A stretch of 64,000 nucleotides of DNA from Candidatus Latescibacterota bacterium (GCA_965242865.1 CBDETK010000013.1:3840001-3904000); one strand, 5' to 3'. Shown: positions 1 to 11,028, counted from the first letter of the stretch. The notes: generated by a model not told the origin, from the sequence alone. Numbers and translations: made by a program.

Positions 1-84
1 TTTCATCTCCGTAGATACTCCTTTTGAGAGGGTTTAACAGGGAATAAAAACTTAGCCAAAAAAAGACCCGATGGACAGGCCGCC

Positions 85-1128
85 TCATTCCGGCGCGGTT
101 AGGTCTTGGCGCACCTGCCGGGCGCGCTCCTGCATATCGACAGCCGGATCGAATTCGCCGACGATTTCTTGGCCGACGATTTCTTCAATCACGTCCTCTA
201 GCGTGACAATGCCAGCAAAGCCACCGTATTCATCGACGACGGCAAAAAGGTGCTCGCGCCGTTGGATGAACTCTTCGAGCAGGCGGCTGGCGCGCGCGGA
301 CTCGGGCACCGAATGGATGGAGCGGCCCACCTCAAAGAGCTTGGCTTGATCGCGACCATCGGCCAAGGCGCTAAACGCATCGCGCCGCAACACTAAGCCG
401 ACGATGTTTTCGCGCTTTTCCCGATAGAGGGGCACCCGGCTGTGGGACCAGCTACCGGACTGCTGGCGGGCTTCGGCCAAGGTCAAATCGCGGTCGAGGC
501 AGTGGACTACTGTGCGGGGGGTCATAATGTCGCGGGCGCGTAGCTCGTCGAGCGTGAGGATGTTTTGGATGACGCGCTCTTGCTCGGGCGATATGGCACC
601 CGAGCGGCGACTCATCTGCGCGACAATCTCAATCTCTTCGGGTTCCACCACCGGCGCGTCTGGCGCCTTAGGGGTGATGAGCCGGACGATGAATTTGTTG
701 AGCCAGATAAAGGGCGCAAGCAGCCATACCAGCCACTGGATCGGACGGGCTATAAACCGAGCGAGCGCACGGGCATGCACCACCCCCACTGTCTTGGGAA
801 GAATCTCCGTAAAGATGAGTACTGCCAGCGAGAAGGCGATCGTGAAATAGGTCTCTAGGGTCTGCGGAAACGCGCCGACAAAGGCGGCCCCAGCGATGGT
901 GGCACCGCCGGTATGAGCCAAGGTATTCAGGGTGAGGATGGCCGAGATGGGCCGCTGGATATCCGCGTGCAGGCTCTTGAGAATCTGGCCCGAAGTGCGC
1001 CCTTGGCCGGCCAGCATTTCGATCTGACTGGCCGGCAGCGAGTAGAGCGCGGCTTCCAAGAGCGAACAAATGCAGGATACGACGAGGACGGTGCTGACGG
1101 CTAGGATCAACTCGGAATAAGGGGACAT
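85..1128 (-). CDS. CNNM/CorC-like hemolysin-family protein (DUF21 transmembrane domain + CBS pair)
   Basis: N-terminal TM segment with CSLLEAALYS and EILPK motifs; CBS motifs (ARDIMTPR, VVDEYGGFAGIVTLEDVIEEIVG). Confidence 0.9.
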   Translation of the reverse strand: MSPYSELILAVSTVLVVSCICSLLEAALYSLPASQIEMLAGQGRTSGQILKSLHADIQRPISAILTLNTLAHTGGATIAGAAFVGAFPQTLETYFTIAFSLAVLIFTEILPKTVGVVHARALARFIARPIQWLVWLLAPFIWLNKFIVRLITPKAPDAPVVEPEEIEIVAQMSRRSGAISPEQERVIQNILTLDELRARDIMTPRTVVHCLDRDLTLAEARQQSGSWSHSRVPLYREKRENIVGLVLRRDAFSALADGRDQAKLFEVGRSIHSVPESARASRLLEEFIQRREHLFAVVDEYGGFAGIVTLEDVIEEIVGQEIVGEFDPAVDMQERARQVRQDLTAPE

Positions 1129-1151
1129 AGACGCGCGGGCAATTTCACAAA

Positions 1152-1181
1152 GAGAGGGACTCCCCGCTGGGAATCCCTCTC
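1152..1181 (-). terminator. Probable intrinsic terminator of the SWIB gene
   Basis: Minus-strand hairpin GAGAGGGATTCCC-AGCG-GGGAGTCCCTCTC followed by TTTGT, about 40 nt after the stop. Confidence 0.6.
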
Positions 1182-1218
1182 CAATGGCACTGAGCTAGAA
1201 CCTCTTGCTCAGGAGTAC

Positions 1219-1614
1219 CTATTCCACGTGCTCGCTAATCCGCTTGGTCAGCTCGAACATATTCACCTTCTTCGCGCCCAAGACCGCTTGGAGCTTGTCG
1301 TCGGCATTGATCGTGCGCCTGTCTTGCTCGTCTTGCAGGTCATTCTTCTTGATGTATGCCCAGATTTTCTTGGTAATCTGAGTGCGCGGCAATGGCTTTT
1401 TGCCGACGATGGCCGCGAGCGCAGCGTCGGGCTGCAAGGGGCGCATAAAGGCGGAATTGGGCTCGCGCTTCGCCTTCTTCTTGGCGGCGGGTTTCTTGGC
1501 AACAGCCTTCTTAGGAGGAGCCTTCTTGGCAACGGCCTTTGTGGCGGCGGCTTTCTTAGGCGCGGGTTTCTTGGCCGCGGCCTTCTTCTTAGCAACAGGT
1601 TTTTTCTTAGCCAT
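1219..1614 (-). CDS. SWIB/MDM2-domain protein with histone H1-like Lys/Ala/Pro-rich N-terminus
   Basis: ATG at 1614 with AAGGAG RBS; AKKA repeats, then FMRPLQP...LAAIVG...RTQITKKIWAYIKKNDLQD (SWIB signature). Confidence 0.9.
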   Translation of the reverse strand: MAKKKPVAKKKAAAKKPAPKKAAATKAVAKKAPPKKAVAKKPAAKKKAKREPNSAFMRPLQPDAALAAIVGKKPLPRTQITKKIWAYIKKNDLQDEQDRRTINADDKLQAVLGAKKVNMFELTKRISEHVE

Positions 1615-1900
1615 GCAAATCTCCTTTGGCTGATGGGGTAACACCCGCGAGAGGGGTTTGAGAATTGGGCTTCTCGGCCTCTTCCACCTCGTGAATGAAA
1701 GCCAGTTCTACCCGTTTTGTGAAGCTACAAAATTGTCTTTCCAATATAGTACAAGGGCAGTATAAGTCAAGAAAAAATGTAGCTTTTTCATAGGAGAAAA
1801 AGGAGAAAACGCTCGCACTGTGGGCGTTTGACATAATTTGTTAAAACAGTCATTTTAATTTTGCGCTGGGGATTTGTCGTATTTCGTGGGCCTAAATTTA

Positions 1901-2707
1901 ATGATCGCAAAGAGCAAATTGGGTTTTGTGGGCACCGGCAACATGGGGCGGGCGCTGATCGAAGGGTTGGTGGGCCAGCTTCCTTCGGGCCAGATCACCG
2001 CGGCCGACATCAGGCCCGAAGCACTCGAAGGCTTGGCGGCTTTGGGCGTCCACACCAGCACGGACTCCATAGATGCGGTCCGCGGTCAGGACTTGGTAGT
2101 GTTAGTGCTCAAGCCGCAAGTGGCTGCTCCAGTATTGAAGGCCCTAGCCGCCCATTTTAGTACCCAGCAGGTCGTCGTCTCACTCATGGCCGGCATATCG
2201 ACCGCTCGGCTCGAAGAGCTCCTACCCGCGCAAATGCCCGTGGTGCGCGTCATGCCGCAGACTCTGGTGAGAATCAAGGGGGCGGCTTGTGCCCTGTGCG
2301 CCGGTCGCGCTGCCAGCGCCGCGCAGGTGGCGCACGTGCGGTCCCTCTTCGATTTAGTCGGCACGACGGTCGAGGTCGCCGAACATCTCATGCACGCCGT
2401 TACCGGGCTTGCCGGTAGCGGCCCGGCTTGGGCGTACACCGTCGTCGAGGCGCTCACCGACGGGGGGGTCCGCGCGGGCCTGCCGCGCGAAATCGCCTTA
2501 ACGCTGGCCGCGCAAACCCTGCTCGGTGCCGCGCGCCTCGTGCTCGAAGGGGGCGAGCATCCGGCCGTGCTCAGAGACCAAGTTACCTCGCCGGGCGGGA
2601 CTACGGCGGCCGGGTTGCACAAGCTAGAAGAAAAGGGCCTGCGCGACGCCCTGATCAGCGCCGTGCTCGCCGCGACCGAGCGCTCTGCCGAGCTGGGGCA
2701 GTCGTGA
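1901..2707 (+). CDS. proC: Pyrroline-5-carboxylate reductase
   Basis: GFVGTGNMG Rossmann motif; TGLAGSGPA; VTSPGGTT. Confidence 0.95.
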   Translation: MIAKSKLGFVGTGNMGRALIEGLVGQLPSGQITAADIRPEALEGLAALGVHTSTDSIDAVRGQDLVVLVLKPQVAAPVLKALAAHFSTQQVVVSLMAGISTARLEELLPAQMPVVRVMPQTLVRIKGAACALCAGRAASAAQVAHVRSLFDLVGTTVEVAEHLMHAVTGLAGSGPAWAYTVVEALTDGGVRAGLPREIALTLAAQTLLGAARLVLEGGEHPAVLRDQVTSPGGTTAAGLHKLEEKGLRDALISAVLAATERSAELGQS

Positions 2708-3306
2708 TTGCAGTCATCGACTACGGCATGGGGAATTTGCGCAGTGTGCAGAAAGCCTTTGAATTTCTCGGCTATGACGCCGAGGTCGTCGAAGCCCCCG
2801 AGAGCCTGAGCGCGGCCACCCACCTCGTATTGCCCGGCGACGCGGCCTTTGGCGACGCCATGCACAACTTGCAAACGGCCGGTTGGGACGAGGCCATTGT
2901 GCAAGGGCTGGCGGCCAACAAGCCCTTCTTAGGGATCTGCGTGGGGTTACAACTCATGTTTGAGGAAAGCGAGGAAATGGGCAGGCATCGCGGCCTCGGA
3001 ATCCTGCCGGGCGCGTGCGTGCGGTTCCCCCCTACCGAGCGGGTGCCGCACATCGGCTGGAACCAAATCGCCATCAAGCGCGAGGTCGCGCTCTTAGAGG
3101 GCATCCCCGAAGGAAGTTTTTTTTACTTTGTGCATTCGTACTACGTGGTAACCGCAAACGAAGCCGATTGCGTCGCCACGACCGACTACGGGGTGGACTA
3201 CCCCTCGATCGCCGGCAACGGCCGCGTCTTTGGCGTCCAATTTCATCCAGAAAAGAGCCAAGTCCACGGCCTGCGCCTGCTCGACAACTTCGCCCGTCTG
3301 CGCTGA
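2704..3306 (+). CDS. hisH: Imidazole glycerol phosphate synthase, glutaminase subunit
   Basis: GTG start overlapping the proC stop; IDYGMGNLRSV, GICVGLQ, FYFVHSY, QFHPEKS. Confidence 0.96.
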   Translation: MIAVIDYGMGNLRSVQKAFEFLGYDAEVVEAPESLSAATHLVLPGDAAFGDAMHNLQTAGWDEAIVQGLAANKPFLGICVGLQLMFEESEEMGRHRGLGILPGACVRFPPTERVPHIGWNQIAIKREVALLEGIPEGSFFYFVHSYYVVTANEADCVATTDYGVDYPSIAGNGRVFGVQFHPEKSQVHGLRLLDNFARLR

Positions 3307-3307
3307 T

Positions 3308-4081
3308 ATGCTCGCCAAGCGAATCATTCCCTGTCTAGATGTCAAAAACGGTCGCAACGTGCGCGGGGTGCGCTTTTCGGCCGACCGCGACGCCGGCGAC
3401 CCGGTCGAGCTCGCGGCGCGCTACGACGCCGAAGGGGCCGACGAACTCGTCTTCTACGACATCACGGCTTCGGCCGATGGCCGCGCCATCGTCATGGACC
3501 TCGTACGCCAAGTCTCCGAGCGGGTCTTTATTCCCCTGATGGTCGGCGGCGGGATTCGCACCTTCGCAGACGTGCGCCACGTTCTCAAGACCGGCGCCGA
3601 CAAAATTTCGATCAACTCGGCCCACGTGCATTCGCCGGAAATCATCAACCAAAGCGCCGAAAGCTTCGGCTCGCAGTGCATTGTCGCGGCCATCGACGCG
3701 CTCAGGCGTCCAGCCGCGCCCGACGAGCCGCCGTCGTGGGAGCTATACATCAACGGCGGGCGCAAAGCCACCGGCATCGATGCCCTAGAATGGGTGGAGG
3801 CACTCGTCGACCGCGGGGCAGGCGAGTTGGTGCTCAACAGCATCGACGCCGACGGGACGTGCGCGGGGTACGACCTCGCACTCAACCGAGCGGTGGCGCG
3901 CCGCGTGGATGTGCCCATTGTCGCCTCGGGCGGGGCCGGCACCCTCGAGCACATCCACGAGGTGCTGACCACGGGCGAGGCCAGCGCCGCGCTGGCGGCC
4001 TCCATCTTCCACTTTGAGCAGTACTCAATTCCCCAAGTCAAGCGCTTCTTGCGCGAGCGCGGGGTGATGGTGCGCCAGTGA
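3308..4081 (+). CDS. hisF: Imidazole glycerol phosphate synthase, cyclase subunit
   Basis: MLAKRIIPCLDV, GADELVFYDITAS, ASGGAG, AASIFH. Confidence 0.97.
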   Translation: MLAKRIIPCLDVKNGRNVRGVRFSADRDAGDPVELAARYDAEGADELVFYDITASADGRAIVMDLVRQVSERVFIPLMVGGGIRTFADVRHVLKTGADKISINSAHVHSPEIINQSAESFGSQCIVAAIDALRRPAAPDEPPSWELYINGGRKATGIDALEWVEALVDRGAGELVLNSIDADGTCAGYDLALNRAVARRVDVPIVASGGAGTLEHIHEVLTTGEASAALAASIFHFEQYSIPQVKRFLRERGVMVRQ

Positions 4082-5223
4082 CCAAGGCAAGCGAAGTGCC
4101 GCGACAGGCCCTGATGAGCAAGGTGCAGCGGCTGGTGGTCAAGATCGGCAGCAGCGCCCTGACCACGCAGCAGCACAAGCTCGACGATGCGGTCGTCACC
4201 CAGCTCGTCGAAGACGTAAGCGAACTGCGCTCCCAGGGATTGGAGGTGGCGATCGTCACCTCGGGCGCGGTGGCCGCGGGCATGGGGCGGATGGGATTGG
4301 ACAAACGCCCGGACCACATCGCCCAACTGCAAGCGCTGGCGGCCATCGGCCAAGTCCTGCTGATGGATACCTACGAGGCCAAGTTCCACGGCCGCGGCGT
4401 ACCCGTCGGCCAAGTGCTCTTAACCGCCGAGGATATTCTCGGCGACCGCCATCGCTACGTCCATCTCGAAAACACCTTCCGCAACCTCTTTGACTACGGG
4501 GCCGTGCCCCTAATCAACGAAAACGACAGCGTCGCCGTGGCCGAGCTCCGGCGGCAGCTCGGAGAAAACGACATGCTCGCCGCTTATGTGACAAACCTGA
4601 TCCGGGCGGATATGCTGGTCATTTTCTCGGATGTCGAAGGGCTTTACCACGCCTTCGGCCCGCACGGCCCCGAAGGCACCCTCGTCAATCAAGTGACCCA
4701 AGACAGCCTCGACCTAGAGGGGATGATTGGCCATTCGCTCAACGGGCGCGGCCGGGGCGGCATGGCAACCAAGCTGCGGGCTGCCCGGCTCTTGATGGCC
4801 TGCGGCGAAATGGCGGTCATCGCGCACGGACGCCACCACCGCTTGCGCCACATTCTTGCGGGCCGCGAGCAAGGGACGCTCTTTCTGCCGACCGGCCGCA
4901 AACTCAGCAGCCGGCATCGCTGGATCGGCTTTGCCAGCCAGTGCCGGGGCAGCGCGGTGATCGACCGCGGCGCCCAACGCGCCATCGCCGAGCAGGACAA
5001 GAGCCTGCTCCCGGTGGGGGTCGTCGCCTGCGAGGGCGAGTTTGCCGCCGGCGACGTGGTGCAGCTCATCGGCAAGCACGGCGAAAAGTTGGGGCGGGGC
5101 TTGTGCCGGTACTCCTCCGCTGAGCTGCGCCGCATCTTAGGCATGAGCTCGCCCGAAGTCGCCAGCGCACTGGGGCACCCGGCGCGAGCGGTCATCCACC
5201 GCGACGACCTCGTCTTATTCTGA
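4078..5223 (+). CDS. proB: Glutamate 5-kinase with PUA domain
   Basis: VVKIGSS, VTSGAVAAG, INENDSV, GGMATKL, C-terminal IHRDDLV. Confidence 0.95.
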   Translation: MTKASEVPRQALMSKVQRLVVKIGSSALTTQQHKLDDAVVTQLVEDVSELRSQGLEVAIVTSGAVAAGMGRMGLDKRPDHIAQLQALAAIGQVLLMDTYEAKFHGRGVPVGQVLLTAEDILGDRHRYVHLENTFRNLFDYGAVPLINENDSVAVAELRRQLGENDMLAAYVTNLIRADMLVIFSDVEGLYHAFGPHGPEGTLVNQVTQDSLDLEGMIGHSLNGRGRGGMATKLRAARLLMACGEMAVIAHGRHHRLRHILAGREQGTLFLPTGRKLSSRHRWIGFASQCRGSAVIDRGAQRAIAEQDKSLLPVGVVACEGEFAAGDVVQLIGKHGEKLGRGLCRYSSAELRRILGMSSPEVASALGHPARAVIHRDDLVLF

Positions 5224-5236
5224 TCCAAAACCGACC

Positions 5237-5518
5237 GTGACTAAAACGGCCAAGATCTTGCTGATCGCCTTCTTCGCTTTGGTGGCTTACGTGGCCTTTG
5301 GCAATGGGCTGTTCTACGAGGTGTGGCAAAAAGAGAAAACCCTAACGGAACTCGAAGTGCAGGTGAAGCAACTAGAAGCCGAAACCGACAGCTTGCGCCA
5401 AGTGCTAAAGCTCCTCAAAGGCGACCTCGATTTCATCGAAAAGGTCGCACGCGAAGAGCTCGGCTTGATCAAACCGGGCGAGGTGGTCATTCCCCTGCCG
5501 GCCGAAGAGAGCGACTAA
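5237..5518 (+). CDS. ftsB: Septum formation initiator, FtsB/DivIC family
   Basis: One TM helix, coiled coil, IEKVAREELGLIKPGE motif. Confidence 0.85.
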   Translation: MTKTAKILLIAFFALVAYVAFGNGLFYEVWQKEKTLTELEVQVKQLEAETDSLRQVLKLLKGDLDFIEKVAREELGLIKPGEVVIPLPAEESD

Positions 5519-5522
5519 CTCC

Positions 5523-6302
5523 ATGCCGCGCACCATCGTCAAAACGCGCGCCATCGTGCTGCGCACCATGCGCTTGGGCGAGACTAGCAGCCTAGTGACG
5601 TTATACGCCCAAGAGTGCGGCAAACTCAAGGCCATGGCCCGGGGCGCCCGCCAGCCCAAGAGCCGGTTTGGGGCCGCGCTCGGCCTGATGACCGAGGTGC
5701 AAGCCGTCTGCTACGTCAAAGAAACCCGCGAACTGCAAACCCTCAGCGAATGCACCCTGCTCAACCCAGCCCCGGACTTATCGCAGAGCCTAGAGCGCCT
5801 TTCCTTTGGCAGTGCCGCCTGCGAGTTGGTCGATCGCCTGACGATCGAAGGCGAGGGCAACCCCCGGCTCTACCAGTGCCTAGCGGGGGTACTGCGCGGC
5901 CTAGCTGAAGTAGAGTCAGCGCAGGTCGAAGCGCTGTTCTGGTACTTCCAACTGCGCGCCGCGGCGGCCCTCGGCTACCGCCCGGAGCTGCGCCAGTGCA
6001 TTACCTGCCAATCCGCGCTAGGCGGCCCCTCGTCGTGGTTCAGCGCGGCCTTGGGGGGCAGCCTGTGCGCCGCCTGCGGCCCCGGGCACGGCGTGCGTTT
6101 GGCCCAGCGCAACGTGCGCTTTCTCGCCGCCCTGCAAGGGCTTAGGACGTACAGCAAGGAAGCGCTCCCCCAAGCCCCGGCCCAGCGCGGTGAGATCCGC
6201 TTGGCTTTGCGCGGCTTTCTAGAGTACCACGGCGGCGAGCACAGCCGGCTCAAGTCGCTCGATTTTCTCGATGGCCTCAACCGATCGGCCCTATCTACCT
6301 AA
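5523..6302 (+). CDS. recO: DNA repair protein RecO
   Basis: AIVLR...GE...GKLKAMARGAR N-terminus; CxxC...CxxC zinc finger. Confidence 0.93.
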   Translation: MPRTIVKTRAIVLRTMRLGETSSLVTLYAQECGKLKAMARGARQPKSRFGAALGLMTEVQAVCYVKETRELQTLSECTLLNPAPDLSQSLERLSFGSAACELVDRLTIEGEGNPRLYQCLAGVLRGLAEVESAQVEALFWYFQLRAAAALGYRPELRQCITCQSALGGPSSWFSAALGGSLCAACGPGHGVRLAQRNVRFLAALQGLRTYSKEALPQAPAQRGEIRLALRGFLEYHGGEHSRLKSLDFLDGLNRSALST

Positions 6303-6319
6303 ACGTACTGGAGATTTTC

Positions 6320-7693
6320 ATGTCCGACGACGCAATGGAAAAACTAGTATCCCTGTGCAAGCGAAAAGGCTTAATTTTTCAAAGTTCGGAAATCTACGGC
6401 GGCCTCAACGGCTGCTGGGACTACGGCCCTTTGGGCGTCGAGCTGCTGCGCAACATCAAAGAGGCCTGGTGGAAGGCCATGACCTACCGAGAGGACATAG
6501 AGGGCCTCGACGCCAGCATCCTCATGAATCAGCGGGTGTGGGAGGCCTCGGGCCACGTCGCCAGCTTTACCGACCCCATGGTCGAAGATCGCAAGACCAA
6601 CGAGCGCTTCCGGCTCGACCAGCTCCTCGAAGAAAACGGCCTCGACGTAGCCGGGCTGAGTGCCGAGGAGATGGGGGTGCTGCTGCGCGAGCGCGCCATC
6701 AAAAGCCCCAAGGGCAACGAGCTGAGCGACCCGCGGCAATTCAACCTCATGTTCAAAACCTTTGTCGGCCCGGTCGAAGACGACGGGGCGCGGGTCTTTC
6801 TCCGCCCAGAGACCGCGCAGGGCATCTTCGTCAACTACCTCAACGTGCAGGCGGCCGCGCGCCAGAAGTTGCCCTTTGGCATCGCCCAAATCGGCAAGGC
6901 GTTCCGCAACGAGATCAACACCAAGAACTTTCTCTTCCGCACTCGGGAATTTGAGCAGATGGAGATGCAGTACTTCGTCGCGCCCGGTACGCAAGACGAG
7001 TGGTTCAATTATTGGCGCGAGGAACGCTGGAAGTGGTTTGGGCAAATTGGCCTGCCCGAGCGCAAGCTGAGCTGGCACGAGCACCAAGGCGACGAGCTGG
7101 CCCACTATGCCCGCGCCGCCTTCGACATCCAGTACGAGTTTCCCTTTGGCCACGGCGAGATCGAGGGCATCCACAATCGCGGCGACTACGACCTGTCGCA
7201 GCACGAAAAGTTCTCGGGCAAGCAGCTCAAGTACTTCGACGAGGAGCAGCGCACACGGTTTGTGCCCCACGTCGTAGAGACCTCAATAGGGGCCAGCCGT
7301 ACGCTAATGGCCTGCCTAGTCGAAGCATACCACGAGGAAGAGGTCCGCGGCGAGACTCGAGTGGTGATGCGCTTTCACCCGCGCATCGCGCCGATCAAAG
7401 CGGCGGTCCTGCCCCTTGTCAAGCGCGACGGCATGCCGGCCATCGCCCGGCAAGTTGCCGAGGATCTCCGGCCGTACATGCGGGTTTTTTACGACGAGGG
7501 CGGCGCGATCGGCCGCCGCTACCGGCGCATGGACGAGGTGGGGACGCCGTTTTGCCTAACGGTCGATTCGGATACCCTAGCAGACCAGACCGTCACCGTG
7601 CGCACCCGCGACACCATGGCCCAAGAGCGCGTGCCCATCGCTACGTTGCGCCCCCACCTCGCAAGCCGCATGGACGCTTGGCAAATCCCTTGA
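6320..7693 (+). CDS. glyQS: Glycine--tRNA ligase, alpha2 homodimeric type
   Basis: SEIYGG..G.WDYGPLG, LRPETAQGIF, FRTREFEQMEMQ, IGRRYRR.DEVGTP. Confidence 0.96.
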   Translation: MSDDAMEKLVSLCKRKGLIFQSSEIYGGLNGCWDYGPLGVELLRNIKEAWWKAMTYREDIEGLDASILMNQRVWEASGHVASFTDPMVEDRKTNERFRLDQLLEENGLDVAGLSAEEMGVLLRERAIKSPKGNELSDPRQFNLMFKTFVGPVEDDGARVFLRPETAQGIFVNYLNVQAAARQKLPFGIAQIGKAFRNEINTKNFLFRTREFEQMEMQYFVAPGTQDEWFNYWREERWKWFGQIGLPERKLSWHEHQGDELAHYARAAFDIQYEFPFGHGEIEGIHNRGDYDLSQHEKFSGKQLKYFDEEQRTRFVPHVVETSIGASRTLMACLVEAYHEEEVRGETRVVMRFHPRIAPIKAAVLPLVKRDGMPAIARQVAEDLRPYMRVFYDEGGAIGRRYRRMDEVGTPFCLTVDSDTLADQTVTVRTRDTMAQERVPIATLRPHLASRMDAWQIP

Positions 7694-7719
7694 CCCGATA
7701 GTATAAATCCTGATATTAT
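7690..7719 (+). promoter_or_regulatory. Putative sigma70 promoter for tRNA-Leu/tig operon
   Basis: TTGACC-18 nt-TATTAT with extended TGn, 26 nt upstream of the tRNA. Confidence 0.5.
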
Positions 7720-7745
7720 CCTGCGTTGCGAGCGGTATCCGGCAA

Positions 7746-7832
7746 GCGAAAGTGGCGGAACTGGCAGACGCGCTAGACTTAGGATCTAGTGCCCGAAAGG
7801 GCTTGGGGGTTCGAGTCCCCCCTTTCGCACCA
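7746..7832 (+). tRNA. tRNA-Leu (TAG)
   Basis: Acceptor stem GCGAAAG/CTTTCGC, anticodon arm CTAGA-CT-TAG-GA-TCTAG, long variable arm, GGTTCGAGTCC T-loop, encoded CCA. Confidence 0.97.
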
Positions 7833-7897
7833 TAACTAAAAACGAGCGCCCGGCCGGCGATTGGGCGGTGCGCCCTAGCTTTGTAGGATTGCGTTTC

Positions 7898-9136
7898 GTG
7901 AAGACTCATGTCACAGAAAAAGGCCCGTGGACGCGCGAGCTCGCCGTTGAAGTCGAGGCCGCACGCATCGACGCCGCCTTCAACAAGGCCCTGCGCCGAT
8001 ACCAAAAGCGGCTGGAGCTTCCGGGCTTTCGCCGGGGCAAAGTGCCGCTCAGAATCGTCGAGGCGCGCTTTGGCGATTCCATTCGCGGGGAGGTTCTCGG
8101 CGATCTCCTCCCCTCCTTGCTAGAAGAAGCCGCCCAAGCGGCCGGCCTACAGCCGGCCGCGCCCCCCAAAATCTCCCAGATCGACCACGAGCCCAAAGGC
8201 GGCCTGACGTTTACGGCCGACCTCGACATCTGGCCCGAGATCAAGGCCGAGCACTACGAAAACCTCGCCGCGACCCGCATGGTTCACGAGGTGTCCGACG
8301 AGGAAGTCAGCGAGCATCTAGAAGAGCTGCGCCGCCGCCACGCCACCGAACGAGTCGTCGAGCGGCCCGTGGCCAAAGGCGATGTGCTCGTGGCGGACAT
8401 GCAGCGCCTCGACGCTAGCGGCCTGCCGGTCATTGGCGATAAGTACGAGAAGAACCACATCCTCGTCGGCGACCAAGACGCCCTCAGCCCGGAGTTTGAC
8501 GAGGCCCTCGTCGGCATGGGCGCCGGCGAAGAGCGCAACATTCGCTTCGCCTATCGAGCAGACCTGCCCAACGACCAGCTCGCTGGCCAGACCGTGCATT
8601 TCGCGGTGGCAGCCCACGAGGTGCGCGAACGCACCCTGCCCGCGCTCGACGACGAGTTCGCCAAGGATCTCGGCGAGCAGTTCCAGACCCTTGAGGACTT
8701 GCGCGAGCACCTCGGCGTGCAGATCCAAGTGAACTGGGACTCCATGGCCCACCAGCGCCTGCGCAGCGAGTTGATCAGCCAGCTCATCGCAAAAAACGAC
8801 TTTGAACTGCCCGACAGCATCGTCGATAACTACCTCCTCTCGCTCGAGGAGGAGCAGGCCGACCCCGATTACGACCCCGACCCCGACTCCAGCTACAGCG
8901 ACGAAGAGCGCGAACAAGCCACGCGCCAGCTCAAGAGCTTCCTCCTGATCGAAAGCGTGCGCGAACAAGTCGGGATCGAAGTAACGGACGAGGAGTTTGC
9001 CCAATTCACCGCCAACCGCGCCCGCACCCAACCGGCCGAGGCCCGGGACGCAGATCGATTGCGGCGCGAATTAGCACACCATAAGGTCTTTGAGTTGCTC
9101 ATCGCCAAAGCCAAAATCACAGAGGAAAAGGTATAG
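7898..9136 (+). CDS. tig: Trigger factor
   Basis: PGFRRGKVP ribosome-binding motif; [10 protein letters not shown]; tRNA-Leu-tig-clpP-clpX synteny. Confidence 0.95.
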   Translation: MKTHVTEKGPWTRELAVEVEAARIDAAFNKALRRYQKRLELPGFRRGKVPLRIVEARFGDSIRGEVLGDLLPSLLEEAAQAAGLQPAAPPKISQIDHEPKGGLTFTADLDIWPEIKAEHYENLAATRMVHEVSDEEVSEHLEELRRRHATERVVERPVAKGDVLVADMQRLDASGLPVIGDKYEKNHILVGDQDALSPEFDEALVGMGAGEERNIRFAYRADLPNDQLAGQTVHFAVAAHEVRERTLPALDDEFAKDLGEQFQTLEDLREHLGVQIQVNWDSMAHQRLRSELISQLIAKNDFELPDSIVDNYLLSLEEEQADPDYDPDPDSSYSDEEREQATRQLKSFLLIESVREQVGIEVTDEEFAQFTANRARTQPAEARDADRLRRELAHHKVFELLIAKAKITEEKV

Positions 9137-9138
9137 TC

Positions 9139-9747
9139 ATGTCGCTGATTCCAATGGTCATCGAACAGACGGGCCGGGGCGAGCGCTCATACGACATCTA
9201 CTCGCGGCTGCTCAAGGACCGCATCGTCTTCGTGGGCACTCCGATCAACGACGCGATTGCCAACCTCGTTATCGCCCAGATGCTCTTCCTCGCTTCTGAG
9301 GATCCCCAAAAGGACATCGCGCTCTATCTCAACACCCCCGGCGGGCTGATCTCGGCCGGCATGGCCATCTACGACACCATGCAATACGTAGCCTCGGACA
9401 TATCCACGATCTGCATCGGCCAAGCGTCCAGCATGGGCGCCGTGCTGTTGGCCGGCGGCGCCAAGGGCAAGCGCCAAGCCCTGCCCAACGCCCGCGTCTT
9501 GCTGCACCAGCCCATGGGCGGGATCGGCGGCCAAGCGGCCGACATGGAGATCCACGCCCGCGAGATCATCGCCATGCGCCAGCAGATCAACGAGGTGCTC
9601 GTGGAGTGTACCGGGCAGCCGCTCGCGCGCATTGAGCGCGACACCGAGCGCGACTTTTTCATGTCGGCCGCCGCGGCCGTCGAATACGGCATCATCGACG
9701 AAATCATCGCTCCATCGCGCGTCGAGGTAGCCCCCTCCTCAGTATAG
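9139..9747 (+). CDS. clpP: ATP-dependent Clp protease proteolytic subunit
   Basis: [30 protein letters not shown]. Confidence 0.98.
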   Translation: MSLIPMVIEQTGRGERSYDIYSRLLKDRIVFVGTPINDAIANLVIAQMLFLASEDPQKDIALYLNTPGGLISAGMAIYDTMQYVASDISTICIGQASSMGAVLLAGGAKGKRQALPNARVLLHQPMGGIGGQAADMEIHAREIIAMRQQINEVLVECTGQPLARIERDTERDFFMSAAAAVEYGIIDEIIAPSRVEVAPSSV

Positions 9748-9762
9748 GTATAGGAGTCCATT

Positions 9763-11013
9763 TTGCGTCGTCGCCCTCCCAAAAGCGATCCGCGCTGCTC
9801 GTTCTGCGGGCGCAGTAACAACCAAGTTGATAAGATCATAACCGGCCCGCAGGCTTACATCTGCAACGAGTGCGTCAAGCTGTGCAACGACATAATGGCC
9901 GAAGAGCGGCAAAAGACCCTCCCTTGGGAGACCGCCGAGATGCCGAAGCCGAACCAAATCAAGGACTTCCTCGACGAGTACGTGATCGCCCAAGAGCGGG
10001 CCAAGAAAATTCTCGCGGTTGCCGTGTACAACCACTACAAGCGCATCCGCACCAAGGTTGACTTAGACGAGGTCGAGCTCGAAAAGAGCAACGTCCTGCT
10101 CATCGGCCCCACCGGCACCGGCAAGACCGAACTGGCCAAAACGCTGGCCAAATTTCTGCAAGTCCCCTTTTCCATTGCCGACGCGACCATTCTCACCGAG
10201 GCGGGCTACGTGGGCGAGGACGTGGAGAACATCCTCGTGGGCCTTTTGCAAGCGGCCGATTACGACGTGCCCCGCGCCGAAAGGGGCATCCTCTATCTCG
10301 ACGAGGTCGATAAGATCGCCCGCAAGAGCGCCGCGCCTTCGGTCAGCCGCGATGTGTCGGGCGAGGGCGTCCAGCAAGCCCTGCTCAAAATTTTGGAAGG
10401 CACCACCGCCAACATCCCCCCCAAGGGGGGCCGCAAGCACCCTGAACAGCCGATGATCCAGATGGATACCCGCAACATTCTCTTCGTCTGCGGCGGGGCT
10501 TTCGAGGGGCTAGACAAGGTCATTAGCCAACGGGTCGGCAAGCGCACCATGGGCTTTGGTGCCGACAGCGACGACGAGCGCAACGCCGACCCCCCAGACG
10601 TATTGCCGCTGGTACAGCCCGAAGACCTGCTCGCCTACGGCATGATCCCCGAATTTGTCGGCCGCATCCCAGTAATCACCACCATGGACTCGCTCGACGC
10701 CGACGACTTGCTCCGCATCCTCACTGAGCCGCACGACGCCATCATCAAGCAGTCGCAGCGGCTCTTCGCTATGGACGGCGTCGAGGTCGAATTCACCGAG
10801 GAATCCCTGCACAAAATCGTGGCGCTGACCGTTGACAAAGGCACCGGGGCCCGCGGCCTGCGCTCCGTCCTAGAGCAGGCCATGATGGACATCATGTTCG
10901 ACGTCCCCTCTCAAGAGGGGGTGACGCATCTGCAAGTTACGGGCGAAATGATCGAGACCGGGATCGAGCAGTACCGCAGCGAAGACGAAGCAATGCAGCG
11001 CAAACGCGCCTGA
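9763..11013 (+). CDS. clpX: ATP-dependent Clp protease ATP-binding subunit
   Basis: CSFCG...ICNEC zinc finger; GPTGTGKT; [14 protein letters not shown]; GARGLRS. Confidence 0.98.
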   Translation: MRRRPPKSDPRCSFCGRSNNQVDKIITGPQAYICNECVKLCNDIMAEERQKTLPWETAEMPKPNQIKDFLDEYVIAQERAKKILAVAVYNHYKRIRTKVDLDEVELEKSNVLLIGPTGTGKTELAKTLAKFLQVPFSIADATILTEAGYVGEDVENILVGLLQAADYDVPRAERGILYLDEVDKIARKSAAPSVSRDVSGEGVQQALLKILEGTTANIPPKGGRKHPEQPMIQMDTRNILFVCGGAFEGLDKVISQRVGKRTMGFGADSDDERNADPPDVLPLVQPEDLLAYGMIPEFVGRIPVITTMDSLDADDLLRILTEPHDAIIKQSQRLFAMDGVEVEFTEESLHKIVALTVDKGTGARGLRSVLEQAMMDIMFDVPSQEGVTHLQVTGEMIETGIEQYRSEDEAMQRKRA

Positions 11014-11028
11014 TCTCCCGCTCCAGCG

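Noticed and set aside
1-6. Gene start on the minus strand (ATG AAA with GGAG upstream)
   Set aside because: Only two codons fall inside the window, so no product can be called.
7746-7832. tRNA-Leu as an integration site
   Set aside because: It is followed directly by tig, and I saw no duplicated tRNA 3' end elsewhere in the window.
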